NCBI GenBank assembly: GCA_023384105.1 | Contig: JAHDXR010000002.1 | Coordinates: forward strand, 296,989-360,988 | Length of the DNA stretch: 64,000 nucleotides | Source of the DNA: Hyphomonadaceae bacterium | GTDB taxonomy: Bacteria; Pseudomonadota; Alphaproteobacteria; Caulobacterales; Aquidulcibacteraceae | Direction: 5' to 3' | In this document: piece by piece, positions 27,870-36,311 of the stretch | Layout of the letters: every line of letters begins with the position of its first letter | How positions within the stretch are numbered: position 1 is the first letter of the stretch | Notes under the pieces: model-generated | Databases searched by the model: none | What the model saw: the letters and a program-made list of their open reading frames with translations, nothing else | What the model was told of the DNA's origin: nothing | Program-made: the position numbers and the translations under genes

Positions 27870-28196
27870 TTACGGATAGGGCTCGCCGTTCTCGTAGAAG
27901 TAGCGGCCGGACTGCGGATCGTGGAAGTAGTAGCGCCCAGTGCGCTGGTCGTAATGCTGGCGGCGGTTTTCGACGTTGCCGCAGCGGCCCTCCTGGCGGC
28001 AGCCGAGGTACCAGCCGATCGCGCCGCCGGCCACCGCGCCGAGCGCTGCGCTGCCGGTGTCTTCGCCGATCACGGCGCCTGCGACCGCGCCGATGCCCGC
28101 GCCCGTTGCGGCGCTGCGTTCGCTCGGGGTCATGCCGGCGCAGGCGCTCAAGCCGAGCGCAGCGGCCGACACGTAAGCTGTAACTGCAAGACGCAT
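27870..28196 (-). CDS. Glycine-zipper lipoprotein (17 kDa surface-antigen-like)
   Basis: MRLAVTAYVSAAALGLSAC is a lipobox signal. It is followed by a glycine zipper (GAGIGAVAGAVIGEDTGSAALGAVAGGAIG) and a C-terminal RYY/RYF repeat tail. Confidence 0.7.
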   Translation of the reverse strand: MRLAVTAYVSAAALGLSACAGMTPSERSAATGAGIGAVAGAVIGEDTGSAALGAVAGGAIGWYLGCRQEGRCGNVENRRQHYDQRTGRYYFHDPQSGRYFYENGEPYP

Positions 28197-28297
28197 GTCG
28201 TGCTCTCCTGTCTGCTGGAGAGCAAACGAAAGCCTGCCGGCTGCGTTCCCTAACCAATTGGCAGGCCGCAAACTCGTCACATTTGCCGCCTGACGCG

Positions 28298-29506
28298 TTA
28301 AATGATCCCAGAGTCGCGCAGGCGTGCGAGTTCGCTTTCGCCCATGCCGAGAAGTTCCGTCAGCGCAGCGTCGGTGTCCTGGCCCAGGAGCGGCGGCGCA
28401 GCGCGCGTGCGCGGCGGCGTCGCGCTCATGCGCAGCGGACTGGCGGCAAGGCGCAGCCCCTGCCCGTCGGCGCCGGCGAGGCGCTCCACCGCGCCGCGGG
28501 CGACGATGTGTGGATCGGCGTAGACCTGATCGAGCGTGTTGATCGGCCCGCACGGCGCCTGCGCCGCTTCGAGCGCCGCCACCCATTGCGCGGTCGTGCG
28601 CTGCCTCGTGACGTGCGTGAGCGCGGCGGTAAGTTCCTCGCGATGGCGAACGCGCGCTTCGTTGCTGGCGAAGCGCGGGTCGTCGGCGAGAGTCACGCCC
28701 GCCGCCGCGCAGAAATCGCGGAACTGGCCGTCATTGCCGATGGCGAGAATGAAGTGGCCGTCCAGGGTGGCGAGCACCTGATAGGGCGCGATCGAGGCGT
28801 GCTGATTGCCGACGCGCTTGGGCGTCTCGCCCGAGACCAGATAGCCCGATCCGAGATTGGCCAGCATCGCCACCTGGCAGTCGAGCAGGGCGGCGTCGAT
28901 GTGCTGTCCTTCGCCCGTGCGCTCGGCGTGACGCAGCGCCGCGAGCACCGCCGTGACCGCGTACATGCCGGTGAACAGGTCGGCTACCGCGACGGCGCTT
29001 TTCATCGGCTCTCCAGCCGGCTCGCCGGTGACGCTCATCAGCCCGCCCATGCCCTGGATGATGAAATCGTAGCCGGGGCGCTTGGCGTAGGGCCCGGTCT
29101 GGCCGAAGCCGGTGATCGAGCAATAGACGACCGAAGGGCGGATCGCGGCGATGCTGGCGTAGTCGAGGCCGTACTTCTTCAGCGCGCCCACTTTGAAATT
29201 CTCGACGACGATATGGCAGTGCGGAACAAGCTTGCGCACCAGTTCGGCGCCTTCCGGCTTGGCGAAGTCGATCGTCACCGAGCGCTTGTTGCGGTTGGCT
29301 GCGAGGTAATAGGCGGCGTCGCCGCTCGCCAGAAAGGGCGGCCCCCAGCTGCGCGTATCGTCGCCGACGCCGGGCTTTTCGATCTTGATCACGTCGGCGC
29401 CGAGATCGCCCAGGATTTGCGTGGCCCAGGGGCCGGCCAGCACCCGGGAGAGGTCGAGCACGCGCACGCCGGCGAGCGCGGCTTTCGGGGCGGCTGGTTC
29501 GGTCAT
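28298..29506 (-). CDS. CaiB/BaiF family (type III) CoA-transferase
   Basis: LAGVRVLDLSRVLAGPWATQILGDLGADVIKIEKPGVGDDTR is the family N-terminal signature. 402 aa. Confidence 0.88.
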   Translation of the reverse strand: MTEPAAPKAALAGVRVLDLSRVLAGPWATQILGDLGADVIKIEKPGVGDDTRSWGPPFLASGDAAYYLAANRNKRSVTIDFAKPEGAELVRKLVPHCHIVVENFKVGALKKYGLDYASIAAIRPSVVYCSITGFGQTGPYAKRPGYDFIIQGMGGLMSVTGEPAGEPMKSAVAVADLFTGMYAVTAVLAALRHAERTGEGQHIDAALLDCQVAMLANLGSGYLVSGETPKRVGNQHASIAPYQVLATLDGHFILAIGNDGQFRDFCAAAGVTLADDPRFASNEARVRHREELTAALTHVTRQRTTAQWVAALEAAQAPCGPINTLDQVYADPHIVARGAVERLAGADGQGLRLAASPLRMSATPPRTRAAPPLLGQDTDAALTELLGMGESELARLRDSGII

Positions 29507-29555
29507 CTTTTACGGCCTGCTTTGCTCGGGTCAGCGGCGGTGGTAGATCGGCGCC

Positions 29556-30014
29556 ATGAGCGAAGTCAAAACGCCTATCGTCACTGGCGGCTGCCAATGC
29601 GGCAAGGTGCGCTATGCGCTCTATGCCGCCCCGCAGAACGCGCACGTCTGTCATTGCCGCATGTGCCAGCGCGCGACGGGGGGAGTGTTCGCCGCCTTGG
29701 CCGGCGCGCCCAAGAGCGAGTTCGCCTGGACCGAGGGCGAGCCCGCATTCTTCGCCAGTTCGAACCTGGCCAAGCGCGCCTATTGCCGCGACTGCGGCAC
29801 GCCGCTGTCGTTCAGCTATGACCTCCCGGAGGCGCGCTTCTATGTGACGATCGGGTCGATGGACGATCCGGAGGCGGCGCCGATCGTCAAGCAATATGGC
29901 GTGGAGAGCCGCATCTCGTGGGTGAAGTTCTGCGAGGACGTTCCCGCCGAGAAGACGGGCGAAGACCCGAAGGCGGCCGAGTTCTTCAAGACCATGCAGA
30001 GCAACCAAGGGTGA
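29556..30014 (+). CDS. GFA family protein (glutathione-dependent formaldehyde-activating / CENP-V-like Zn protein)
   Basis: The Cys pattern GGCQCGKVRY...CHCRMCQRATG...CRDCGTPL is typical of GFA. Confidence 0.8.
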   Translation: MSEVKTPIVTGGCQCGKVRYALYAAPQNAHVCHCRMCQRATGGVFAALAGAPKSEFAWTEGEPAFFASSNLAKRAYCRDCGTPLSFSYDLPEARFYVTIGSMDDPEAAPIVKQYGVESRISWVKFCEDVPAEKTGEDPKAAEFFKTMQSNQG

Positions 30015-30820
30015 AGCGCGACAGGCTGCGCTCGCTGATCCGGGCGCTCTACTTTGGCCACACGCAGGCGGCGCTTCGCTTTCAGGGGGTGCTGCTCGCG
30101 CTCGATCTGCTGATCATCGGCTTCTTCATCGGCAGTCAGTTCATCCGCGGGCTTTCGTGGTTCTGGATCGTCGACGCGGCGATTGCGTGCTTTATCGCCG
30201 TCGATCTCTTTGCGCGGCTGTTCGCCGTCGGCACGCTTCGCCGCTGGCTCAAATACCCGACGACCTGGATCGATCTCGTAGTGCTGGCGACGCTGCTGTT
30301 TCCGGCCGTGCTCTACAATTGGGGCTTCCTGCGCATCCTGCGGCTCTGGACGCTGGTGCACAGCGAGCGGTTCTGGAACGTGCTTGCGCGCGGCAAGTGG
30401 GACGACACGTATGTCGAGGATCTCGCGCGCGCCGTCGTGACCCTGGCGGTGTTCGTGTTTCTCGCCGCCGGCGTGACGCAGGCGTTCTTCCTCGGCGCCC
30501 ACCCGAAGCTCAACAATTTCATCGACGCCATGTATTTTGTCGTCACGTCTTTGACGACGACAGGATATGGCGACATCACCCTCGACAGCGCGGGCGGGCG
30601 GCTGTTCTCGATCGGCCTGATGATCGCGGGCATCAGCTTGTTTTTCAGCATCGCGCAGAAGGCTTTTGCGCCGCAGCGGAAGATCCAGCGTTGCGCCGCC
30701 TGCGGCCAGGATCGTCACGGCCTGGACGCGAAATTCTGCAGCAATTGCGGAACGGAGCTCACGGCGCCCTTGCGCGGACGCGCCAGGATCGCCAGAGGAA
30801 CGCGCGGGAAGGGCGGTTAG
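30011..30820 (+). CDS. Kv-like (6-TM) potassium channel with C-terminal zinc-ribbon
   Basis: Selectivity filter TTTGYGD, an S4-like FLRILRLWTLV, and six hydrophobic segments. The C-terminal CAACG...CSNCG is a zinc ribbon. The GTG start overlaps the GFA stop (GTGA). The stop TAG (30818-30820) lies inside tRNA-Val. Confidence 0.75.
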   Translation: MKRDRLRSLIRALYFGHTQAALRFQGVLLALDLLIIGFFIGSQFIRGLSWFWIVDAAIACFIAVDLFARLFAVGTLRRWLKYPTTWIDLVVLATLLFPAVLYNWGFLRILRLWTLVHSERFWNVLARGKWDDTYVEDLARAVVTLAVFVFLAAGVTQAFFLGAHPKLNNFIDAMYFVVTSLTTTGYGDITLDSAGGRLFSIGLMIAGISLFFSIAQKAFAPQRKIQRCAACGQDRHGLDAKFCSNCGTELTAPLRGRARIARGTRGKGG

Positions 30821-30885
30821 CTCAGCGGTAGAGCGTCTCGTTTACACCGAGAGGGTCGGGGGTTCGATCCCCTCACCGCCCACCA
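30811..30885 (+). tRNA. tRNA-Val (anticodon UAC)
   Basis: Acceptor GGGCGGT/ACCGCCC, D arm GCTC-AGCGGTA-GAGC, anticodon stem TCTCG/CGAGA with loop TTTACAC, T arm GGGGG-TTCGATC-CCCTC, then A and CCA. Confidence 0.9.
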
Positions 30886-30946
30886 GCCTTCGTCCCCGGA
30901 CGAGCCGGGCGCAGGCCGTCGCGCCGCGGCGCTGTGGGTAACGGGC

Positions 30947-30976
30947 TGGGCCGCCGGCGTCCGGTCCGGCCCGCAG
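30947..30976. repeat. Degenerate copy of the 27-nt hairpin repeat unit
   Basis: TGGGCCGCCGGCGTCCGGTCCGGCCCGCAG aligns by eye with ATGGACCGCCGGCGTCCCGCCGGCCTGCG (55370-55398), with a few substitutions and one indel. Confidence 0.4.
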
Positions 30977-31042
30977 AGCCCCGCCGCGGCCTTAACTGCT
31001 TTCCCAAATGAGTGGAGCGAGAGGGCTTTAGACCCCTGGCGA

Positions 31043-31119
<77 letters not shown>

Positions 31120-31401
31120 GTCTCTTTCGCGAGAAGGCGCCGGAGTTAGGCCAAGCCGTTCCGCCGGTCAAGCGCGTGCGGACGCGGGCGCCCATGCAGA
31201 CGCGAATACCGGCGGCCAGGCGGCCCCGAGGCCGGATTTGGCGCGACTGCGGCGCTGGGGCGCTGCGGCCAATAGGTTCCACAACCCGCATGGACATGGT
31301 GCGCGGGCGCCACTAGCGTCCGCGCCAATTTTGCGACTGCGGCGCCTCATACCCTGGCGTCGCGGTCCGACGCCGCTTAGGTGGGACCCAAAGGACGTGT
31401 G

Positions 31402-31779
31402 ATGGGCCTCGATCTGCTCGACTATCTGCCGATTATCTTCTTCTTCGCGATCGCCCTCGCGCTCGGCGCGGGCTTCCTGATCGCGGCCTGGGTGATTGCG
31501 CCCAAGGACCCCGATAAAGAGAAGGTTTCGGCCTACGAGTGCGGCTTCAACGCCTTCGACGACGCGCGCATGAAGTTCGACGTGCGCTTCTATCTCGTCT
31601 CGATCCTCTTCATCATTTTCGACCTTGAGGTTGCGTTCCTGTTCCCGTGGGCGATCACGCTCGGCGACATGCCGGCCGAGATCGGCCAGTTCGCCTTCTG
31701 GTCGATGATGGCGTTCCTGGGCGTGCTCACGGTCGGCTTCATCTACGAATGGAAGAAAGGCGCGCTCGAATGGGAGTAA
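31402..31779 (+). CDS. nuoA: NADH-quinone oxidoreductase subunit A
   Basis: [39 protein letters not shown] is canonical NuoA. Confidence 0.93.
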   Translation: MGLDLLDYLPIIFFFAIALALGAGFLIAAWVIAPKDPDKEKVSAYECGFNAFDDARMKFDVRFYLVSILFIIFDLEVAFLFPWAITLGDMPAEIGQFAFWSMMAFLGVLTVGFIYEWKKGALEWE

Positions 31780-32333
31780 GCACTCCGGCCGGCGGCGCTG
31801 CACGCGCTGGCGTCGAGGGCGGCCATGCGGTCCGCCCGGACGATCCGTTCTATACCGGCCTCTCCAACCAGCTCGCCGACAAGGGCTTCATCACCGCCGC
31901 GGCGGACGACATCATCACCTGGGCGCGCACCGGCTCGCTGATGTGGATGACGTTCGGCCTCGCCTGCTGCGCGGTCGAGATGATGCAGGCGTCGATGCCG
32001 CGCTACGACCTTGAGCGGTTCGGCTTTGCGCCGCGCGCCAGCCCGCGCCAGTCGGACGTGATGATCGTCGCCGGCACGCTGACCAACAAGATGGCCCCAG
32101 CGCTGCGCAAGGTCTACGACCAGATGCCCGAGCCGCGCTACGTCATCTCGATGGGCTCGTGCGCTAACGGCGGGGGCTACTACCACTACAGCTACAGCGT
32201 CGTGCGCGGGTGCGACCGGGTCGTGCCGGTCGACATCTACGTGCCGGGCTGCCCGCCGACGGCGGAGGCGCTGGTCTATGGCGTGCTGCAGCTGCAGCGG
32301 AAGATCCGCCGCGAGGGGAACATCGTTCGATGA
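31770..32333 (+). CDS. nuoB: NADH-quinone oxidoreductase subunit B
   Basis: [10 protein letters not shown]...[13 protein letters not shown]...[11 protein letters not shown]...[10 protein letters not shown] carries the N2 cluster ligands. It overlaps nuoA by 10 nt. Confidence 0.95.
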   Translation: MGVSTPAGGAARAGVEGGHAVRPDDPFYTGLSNQLADKGFITAAADDIITWARTGSLMWMTFGLACCAVEMMQASMPRYDLERFGFAPRASPRQSDVMIVAGTLTNKMAPALRKVYDQMPEPRYVISMGSCANGGGYYHYSYSVVRGCDRVVPVDIYVPGCPPTAEALVYGVLQLQRKIRREGNIVR

Positions 32334-32935
32334 CGCAGGCGCTTGAAGACCTCGCCGCGCACATCGCGGCGTCGATGACCAGTGCGATCGAGGCGCACGA
32401 AGTCAGGCTGGGCGAACTCACGCTGACGGCGCGCGCCGACCAGATTTACGCGGTGATCACGTTCCTGCGCGACGATCCGCGCTGCAGGTTCACCACGCTG
32501 ATCGATATTTGCGGCGTGGACTACCCGCAGCGCGCCAAGCGCTTCGACGTCGTCTATCACCTGCTGTCGATGCAGCTGAACCATCGCATCCGCGTGAAGA
32601 TCGCGACAGACGACGAGACGCCGGTGGCCAGCATTGTCGGCATCTTCCCGTGCGCGGACTGGTTCGAGCGCGAAGCGTTCGACATGTACGGGATTCTGTT
32701 CTCCAACCACCCGGACTTGCGCCGCATCCTGACCGACTACGGCTTCCAGGGCTTCCCGCTGCGCAAGGACTTCCCGATGACCGGCTATGTCGAGGTCCGC
32801 TACGACGCCGAGCAGCAGCGCGTGATCTACGAGCCGGTGAAGCTTGCGCAGGCGTTCCGCAGTTTCGATTTCCTCTCTCCGTGGGAAGGCATGACCCTGC
32901 CCGGGGATGAGAAGGCGTCAGCGGTGAAGGAATAG
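32330..32935 (+). CDS. nuoC: NADH-quinone oxidoreductase subunit C
   Basis: [45 protein letters not shown] overlap with nuoB. Confidence 0.95.
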   Translation: MTQALEDLAAHIAASMTSAIEAHEVRLGELTLTARADQIYAVITFLRDDPRCRFTTLIDICGVDYPQRAKRFDVVYHLLSMQLNHRIRVKIATDDETPVASIVGIFPCADWFEREAFDMYGILFSNHPDLRRILTDYGFQGFPLRKDFPMTGYVEVRYDAEQQRVIYEPVKLAQAFRSFDFLSPWEGMTLPGDEKASAVKE

Positions 32936-32936
32936 C

Positions 32937-32964
32937 CAATGGCGAATGGCGAATGGCGAATGGG
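32937..32964 (+). repeat. Tandem heptamer repeat (AATGGCG x3 plus AATGGGG)
   Basis: Read directly: aatggcg aatggcg aatggcg aatgggg, immediately after the nuoC stop. Confidence 0.9.
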
Positions 32965-32972
32965 GTGGGCTG

Positions 32973-33350
32973 ATGAGCATCCAGTCATACCGCGACCTGA
33001 CGATCTGGCAGGACGCGATCTCCCTTGCCGCGCATCTCTACAAGCTGACTTCGGGGTTTCCGAAGGAAGAACTCTACGGTCTGACCTCGCAAATTCGCCG
33101 GTCGAGCGCTTCCGCAGCCGCCAATATAGCCGAAGGACACGGACGCGAGCATACGAGGACGTTTATTCAATTTCTGCGGATGGCGCAGGGCTCTCTGAAA
33201 GAGGTGGAGACGCACCTAGTGCTTGCCGAGCGCGTCGGAATAATCCCAACCGTCGCGCTGGAGCGCGCATTGGAGCAGCCAGAATCCATCGGCAAGCGGA
33301 TCAGAACGCTCATTCGGTCACTGCAAGACAAACTAGGAAACCAAAGCTGA
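32973..33350 (+). CDS. Four-helix-bundle protein (23S rRNA intervening-sequence protein / Avd family)
   Basis: YRDLTIWQDAISLAAHLYKLTSGFPKEELYGLTSQIRRSSASAAANIAEGHGR...FLRMAQGSLKEVETHLVLAE is the family signature. One 60-nt line here counts 50 percent G+C. It lies between nuoC and nuoD. Confidence 0.85.
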   Translation: MSIQSYRDLTIWQDAISLAAHLYKLTSGFPKEELYGLTSQIRRSSASAAANIAEGHGREHTRTFIQFLRMAQGSLKEVETHLVLAERVGIIPTVALERALEQPESIGKRIRTLIRSLQDKLGNQS

Positions 33351-33404
33351 TTGGACGTCCCCATTCGCCTCTCCCCACAAGCTACTCGCGCGCCGGAGGC
33401 GCCA

Positions 33405-34610
33405 ATGGCTGACGATCTCTCCAGCGCGCTTCCCGAAGAGAAGCGCACGTTTACGATCAATTTCGGGCCGCAGCACCCGGCCGCGCACGGGGTGCTGCGC
33501 CTGGTGTTGGAGCTGGACGGCGAGGTGGTTCAGCGCGTCGATCCGCATATCGGTCTCTTGCACCGCGGCACCGAGAAGCTGATCGAGTACAAGACCTATC
33601 TGCAGGCGATCCCGTATTTCGACCGGCTCGATTACGTCGCGCCGATGAACCAGGAGCATGCTTTCTGCCTGGCGATCGAGAGAGCGGCGGGAATCGCCGT
33701 GCCGCGCCGGGCGCAGATCATCCGCGTGCTGTATTCCGAGATCGGCCGCATCCTGAACCACCTCCTGAACGTCACCACGCAGGCGTTGGATGTGGGCGCG
33801 CTGACGCCGCCGCTGTGGGGCTTCGAAGAGCGTGAAAAGCTCATGGTGTTCTACGAGCGCGCCTGCGGCGCGCGCCTGCACGCCAATTATGTGCGCCCCG
33901 GCGGCGTGCATCAGGACCTGCCGCCGCAACTGATCGACGATATCGAGGAATGGTGCGCGCAGTTCCCGCGCGCCATCGACGACATCGAGGGCCTGCTCAC
34001 CGACAACCGCATTTTCAAGCAGCGCAACGTCGATATCGGCGTGGTGACGCCGGAGGACGTGATCAGGTGGGGCTTCTCGGGCGTGATGGTGCGCGGTTCG
34101 GGCTTTGCCTGGGACCTGCGGCGCTCGCAGCCCTACGAGATCTACAACGAACTCGATTTCAAGATTCCGGTCGGCAAGAACGGCGACTGCTACGATCGCT
34201 ACCTGTGCCGCATCGAGGAGATGCGCGAGGCGGCCAAGATCATGCAGCAGTGCGTCAAGCTGCTGCGCCAGACGCCGGGGGCGGTGCTGCCGGAGAACTC
34301 GAAATTCGCGCCGCCGCGCCGCGCCGAGATGAAGACCTCGATGGAGGCGCTGATCCATCACTTCAAGCTCTACACCGAGGGCTTCCACGTGCCGGCGGCG
34401 GAAGTGTATGCGGCTGTCGAGGCGCCGAAGGGCGAGTTCGGCGTCTTCCTCGTCTCCGACGGCGCCAACAAGCCCTACCGGTTGAAGATCCGCGCCCCGG
34501 GTTTCCCGCACCTCGCGGCGATGGACTATATGTGCAAGGGGCACATGCTGGCTGACGTTTCGGCGGTGCTGGGCTCGCTCGACATCGTGTTCGGCGAGAT
34601 CGATCGGTGA
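33405..34610 (+). CDS. nuoD: NADH-quinone oxidoreductase subunit D
   Basis: [16 protein letters not shown]...[14 protein letters not shown]...RIEEMR...GEFGV; ends [17 protein letters not shown] upstream of the ATG at 33405. Confidence 0.95.
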   Translation: MADDLSSALPEEKRTFTINFGPQHPAAHGVLRLVLELDGEVVQRVDPHIGLLHRGTEKLIEYKTYLQAIPYFDRLDYVAPMNQEHAFCLAIERAAGIAVPRRAQIIRVLYSEIGRILNHLLNVTTQALDVGALTPPLWGFEEREKLMVFYERACGARLHANYVRPGGVHQDLPPQLIDDIEEWCAQFPRAIDDIEGLLTDNRIFKQRNVDIGVVTPEDVIRWGFSGVMVRGSGFAWDLRRSQPYEIYNELDFKIPVGKNGDCYDRYLCRIEEMREAAKIMQQCVKLLRQTPGAVLPENSKFAPPRRAEMKTSMEALIHHFKLYTEGFHVPAAEVYAAVEAPKGEFGVFLVSDGANKPYRLKIRAPGFPHLAAMDYMCKGHMLADVSAVLGSLDIVFGEIDR

Positions 34611-35047
34611 ATGCGGAGCATGCACCGCTGATGCTTTGGATCGAGGGCGTCGTCGCCCTCGTCATCGCCCTGGCGTTCCTGCTGCATGCGTTCTTCGCCT
34701 TCCGTCCCGAGCACGTCGAACACCACCCGACCCGCGTGCGCATCGGCGCGCTGATCCAGGGGCTCTCGATCGGGCTGCTGATCGGTTTCGTGATCGTGCC
34801 GCTGCGGATGCAGGTGATGGACGCGCGCGGATTCGATCCCGGCGTGTCGCCGCGGCTCTCTTCGCTCTCGTTCGCGCCGGCGCTGCTGATGCTGATCGTG
34901 ATCCGGCGCGGCGCCTTGCTGAAGGCGCCGGTGCTGAAGACCTATCTGCGCGCCTATCGCCGCGCATCGCTGCTGAAAACGCGCGATGACGCGACCAAGG
35001 CGCTGGCGAAACTCGACGAGATCGAGGGACGGAGGGCGCCGGCATGA
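34607..35047 (+). CDS. Hypothetical membrane protein embedded in nuo operon
   Basis: 146 aa with about three TM segments. The GTG start overlaps the nuoD stop (GTGA). No family recognised. Confidence 0.5.
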   Translation: MNAEHAPLMLWIEGVVALVIALAFLLHAFFAFRPEHVEHHPTRVRIGALIQGLSIGLLIGFVIVPLRMQVMDARGFDPGVSPRLSSLSFAPALLMLIVIRRGALLKAPVLKTYLRAYRRASLLKTRDDATKALAKLDEIEGRRAPA

Positions 35048-35118
35048 CCGTCGTCGATGGCGTCGCCTTGAACTTGGATAAGAATGGGCGGATCGCCCGC
35101 ATTGAGATCGTGAAGTGA
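35044..35118 (+). pseudogene. DUF2283-like gene remnant (24-codon mini-ORF)
   Basis: ATG at 35044 (ATGA overlap with the preceding stop) encodes [24 protein letters not shown], which resembles the C-terminal strand pair of DUF2283 (YuzE-like) proteins. The expected N-terminal half is absent. Confidence 0.3.
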
Positions 35119-35125
35119 GACCCAG

Positions 35126-35779
35126 ATGAGCGTTCGTCGCCTTGCTGCCGAGCAGCCCGAGAGCTTCGCCTTCAAGCCCGAGACGATGGAGCTCGCGCGC
35201 TGGTGGATCGCCAAGTATCCGCCGGAGCGGAAGCAGTCGGCGGTGATCCCGGTGATGTGGCTCGTGCAGAAGCAGGAGGGCTGGGTTTCCGAGCCGGCCA
35301 TCCGCGCCATCGCCGACGTTCTGTCCATGCCGGTGATCCGCGTGCTCGAAGTGGCGACCTTCTACACGATGTTCCAGCTGGCGCCCGTCGGGAAGCACCA
35401 CCTCCAGGTCTGCGGCACGACGCCGTGCGTGCTGCGCGGCGCCGAGGAGCTGAAAACGGTCTGCAAGAAGCGCATCGGCGAAAAACATGCGGTGAGCGCC
35501 GACGGCATGTTCTCGTGGGAGGAGGTCGAGTGCGTGGGCGCGTGCGTGAACGCGCCGGTGGTCGTGATCGACGATTACTACCACGAAGACCTGTCCGCGG
35601 ATGCGCTCGAAGCGCTGATGGACAAGCTCGCGCGCGGCGAGAAGATCGAGCCGGGATCGGCGATTGGCCGCCTCGGCTCGGCGCCCGAAGGCGGGCCGAC
35701 GGTGCTGACCGATCCGACGCTTTATGACGGCTCGCTGGCCAAGCCGATCACGCTGCCGGGGCTGCCGGAGAAGGCATGA
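35126..35779 (+). CDS. nuoE: NADH-quinone oxidoreductase subunit E
   Basis: VATFYTMF...HLQVCGTTPCVLRGAEEL...EVECVGACVNAPVV carries the 2Fe-2S ligands. Confidence 0.95.
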   Translation: MSVRRLAAEQPESFAFKPETMELARWWIAKYPPERKQSAVIPVMWLVQKQEGWVSEPAIRAIADVLSMPVIRVLEVATFYTMFQLAPVGKHHLQVCGTTPCVLRGAEELKTVCKKRIGEKHAVSADGMFSWEEVECVGACVNAPVVVIDDYYHEDLSADALEALMDKLARGEKIEPGSAIGRLGSAPEGGPTVLTDPTLYDGSLAKPITLPGLPEKA

Positions 35780-36024
35780 GCGAGGCCGAGCCCCCGCGCG
35801 AGCCGGGCCGTCGCCCGCGCTACGAGCCGATCGGCATGGGCGGCCTGGTCAAGCGCAGCGCGCTTGTGGTCTACGCGCTGCTGGCGATCGGCCTGGCGGG
35901 GCTCGCCGTCTATATGGCGACGATCGGCCAGCACGGGCTGACCAGCATGTACGTGGCCGCGCCGGCGATCGGCGCGCTGTGGTTCGGCTTGCGCGTCTTC
36001 ATGATGATGGGGCCGCGCTCATGA
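35776..36024 (+). CDS. Hypothetical small membrane protein embedded in nuo operon
   Basis: 82 aa with two TM helices. ATGA overlap with the nuoE stop. Confidence 0.5.
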   Translation: MSEAEPPREPGRRPRYEPIGMGGLVKRSALVVYALLAIGLAGLAVYMATIGQHGLTSMYVAAPAIGALWFGLRVFMMMGPRS

Positions 36025-36311
36025 ACGCCGCCGCGCCGCCCGATCTAGAGAGCGCCGAAGGCCGCGCCGCCTACCGGCGCGAGCTGCGCACGGTGGCGCG
36101 CTGGCCGCGGCTGATCGGCTTTTTCATCGTCATCATTTCGGCGATCGCGGTGCTGAACTTGCGCAGCGATCCGGCGGCGGGCGGTGCGCTCTACGGCGCC
36201 TACGCCGGCCTCGTGCTCGGCTGGATCGTGCTGATCTGGGCTTTCGTGCAAAGAAACATCTATCATCGCCGCCGCGTGCGGCAGAGTGGGGCCGACCATG
36301 CTCGCGGATAA
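36021..36311 (+). CDS. Hypothetical small membrane protein embedded in nuo operon
   Basis: 96 aa with two TM helices. ATGA overlap with the previous stop, and its 3-prime end overlaps the nuoF start by 14 nt. Confidence 0.5.
   Translation: MNAAAPPDLESAEGRAAYRRELRTVARWPRLIGFFIVIISAIAVLNLRSDPAAGGALYGAYAGLVLGWIVLIWAFVQRNIYHRRRVRQSGADHARG

Noticed and set aside
32937-32964. The heptamer tandem repeat as a CRISPR array or coding repeat (ORFs MANGEWRMG... / MANGEWGGL...).
   Set aside because: The 7-nt units have no spacers, so this is not a CRISPR array. The ORFs starting within it merely run into the four-helix-bundle gene or a nonsense frame, and the family-like sequence starts at MSIQSYRDL (32973).
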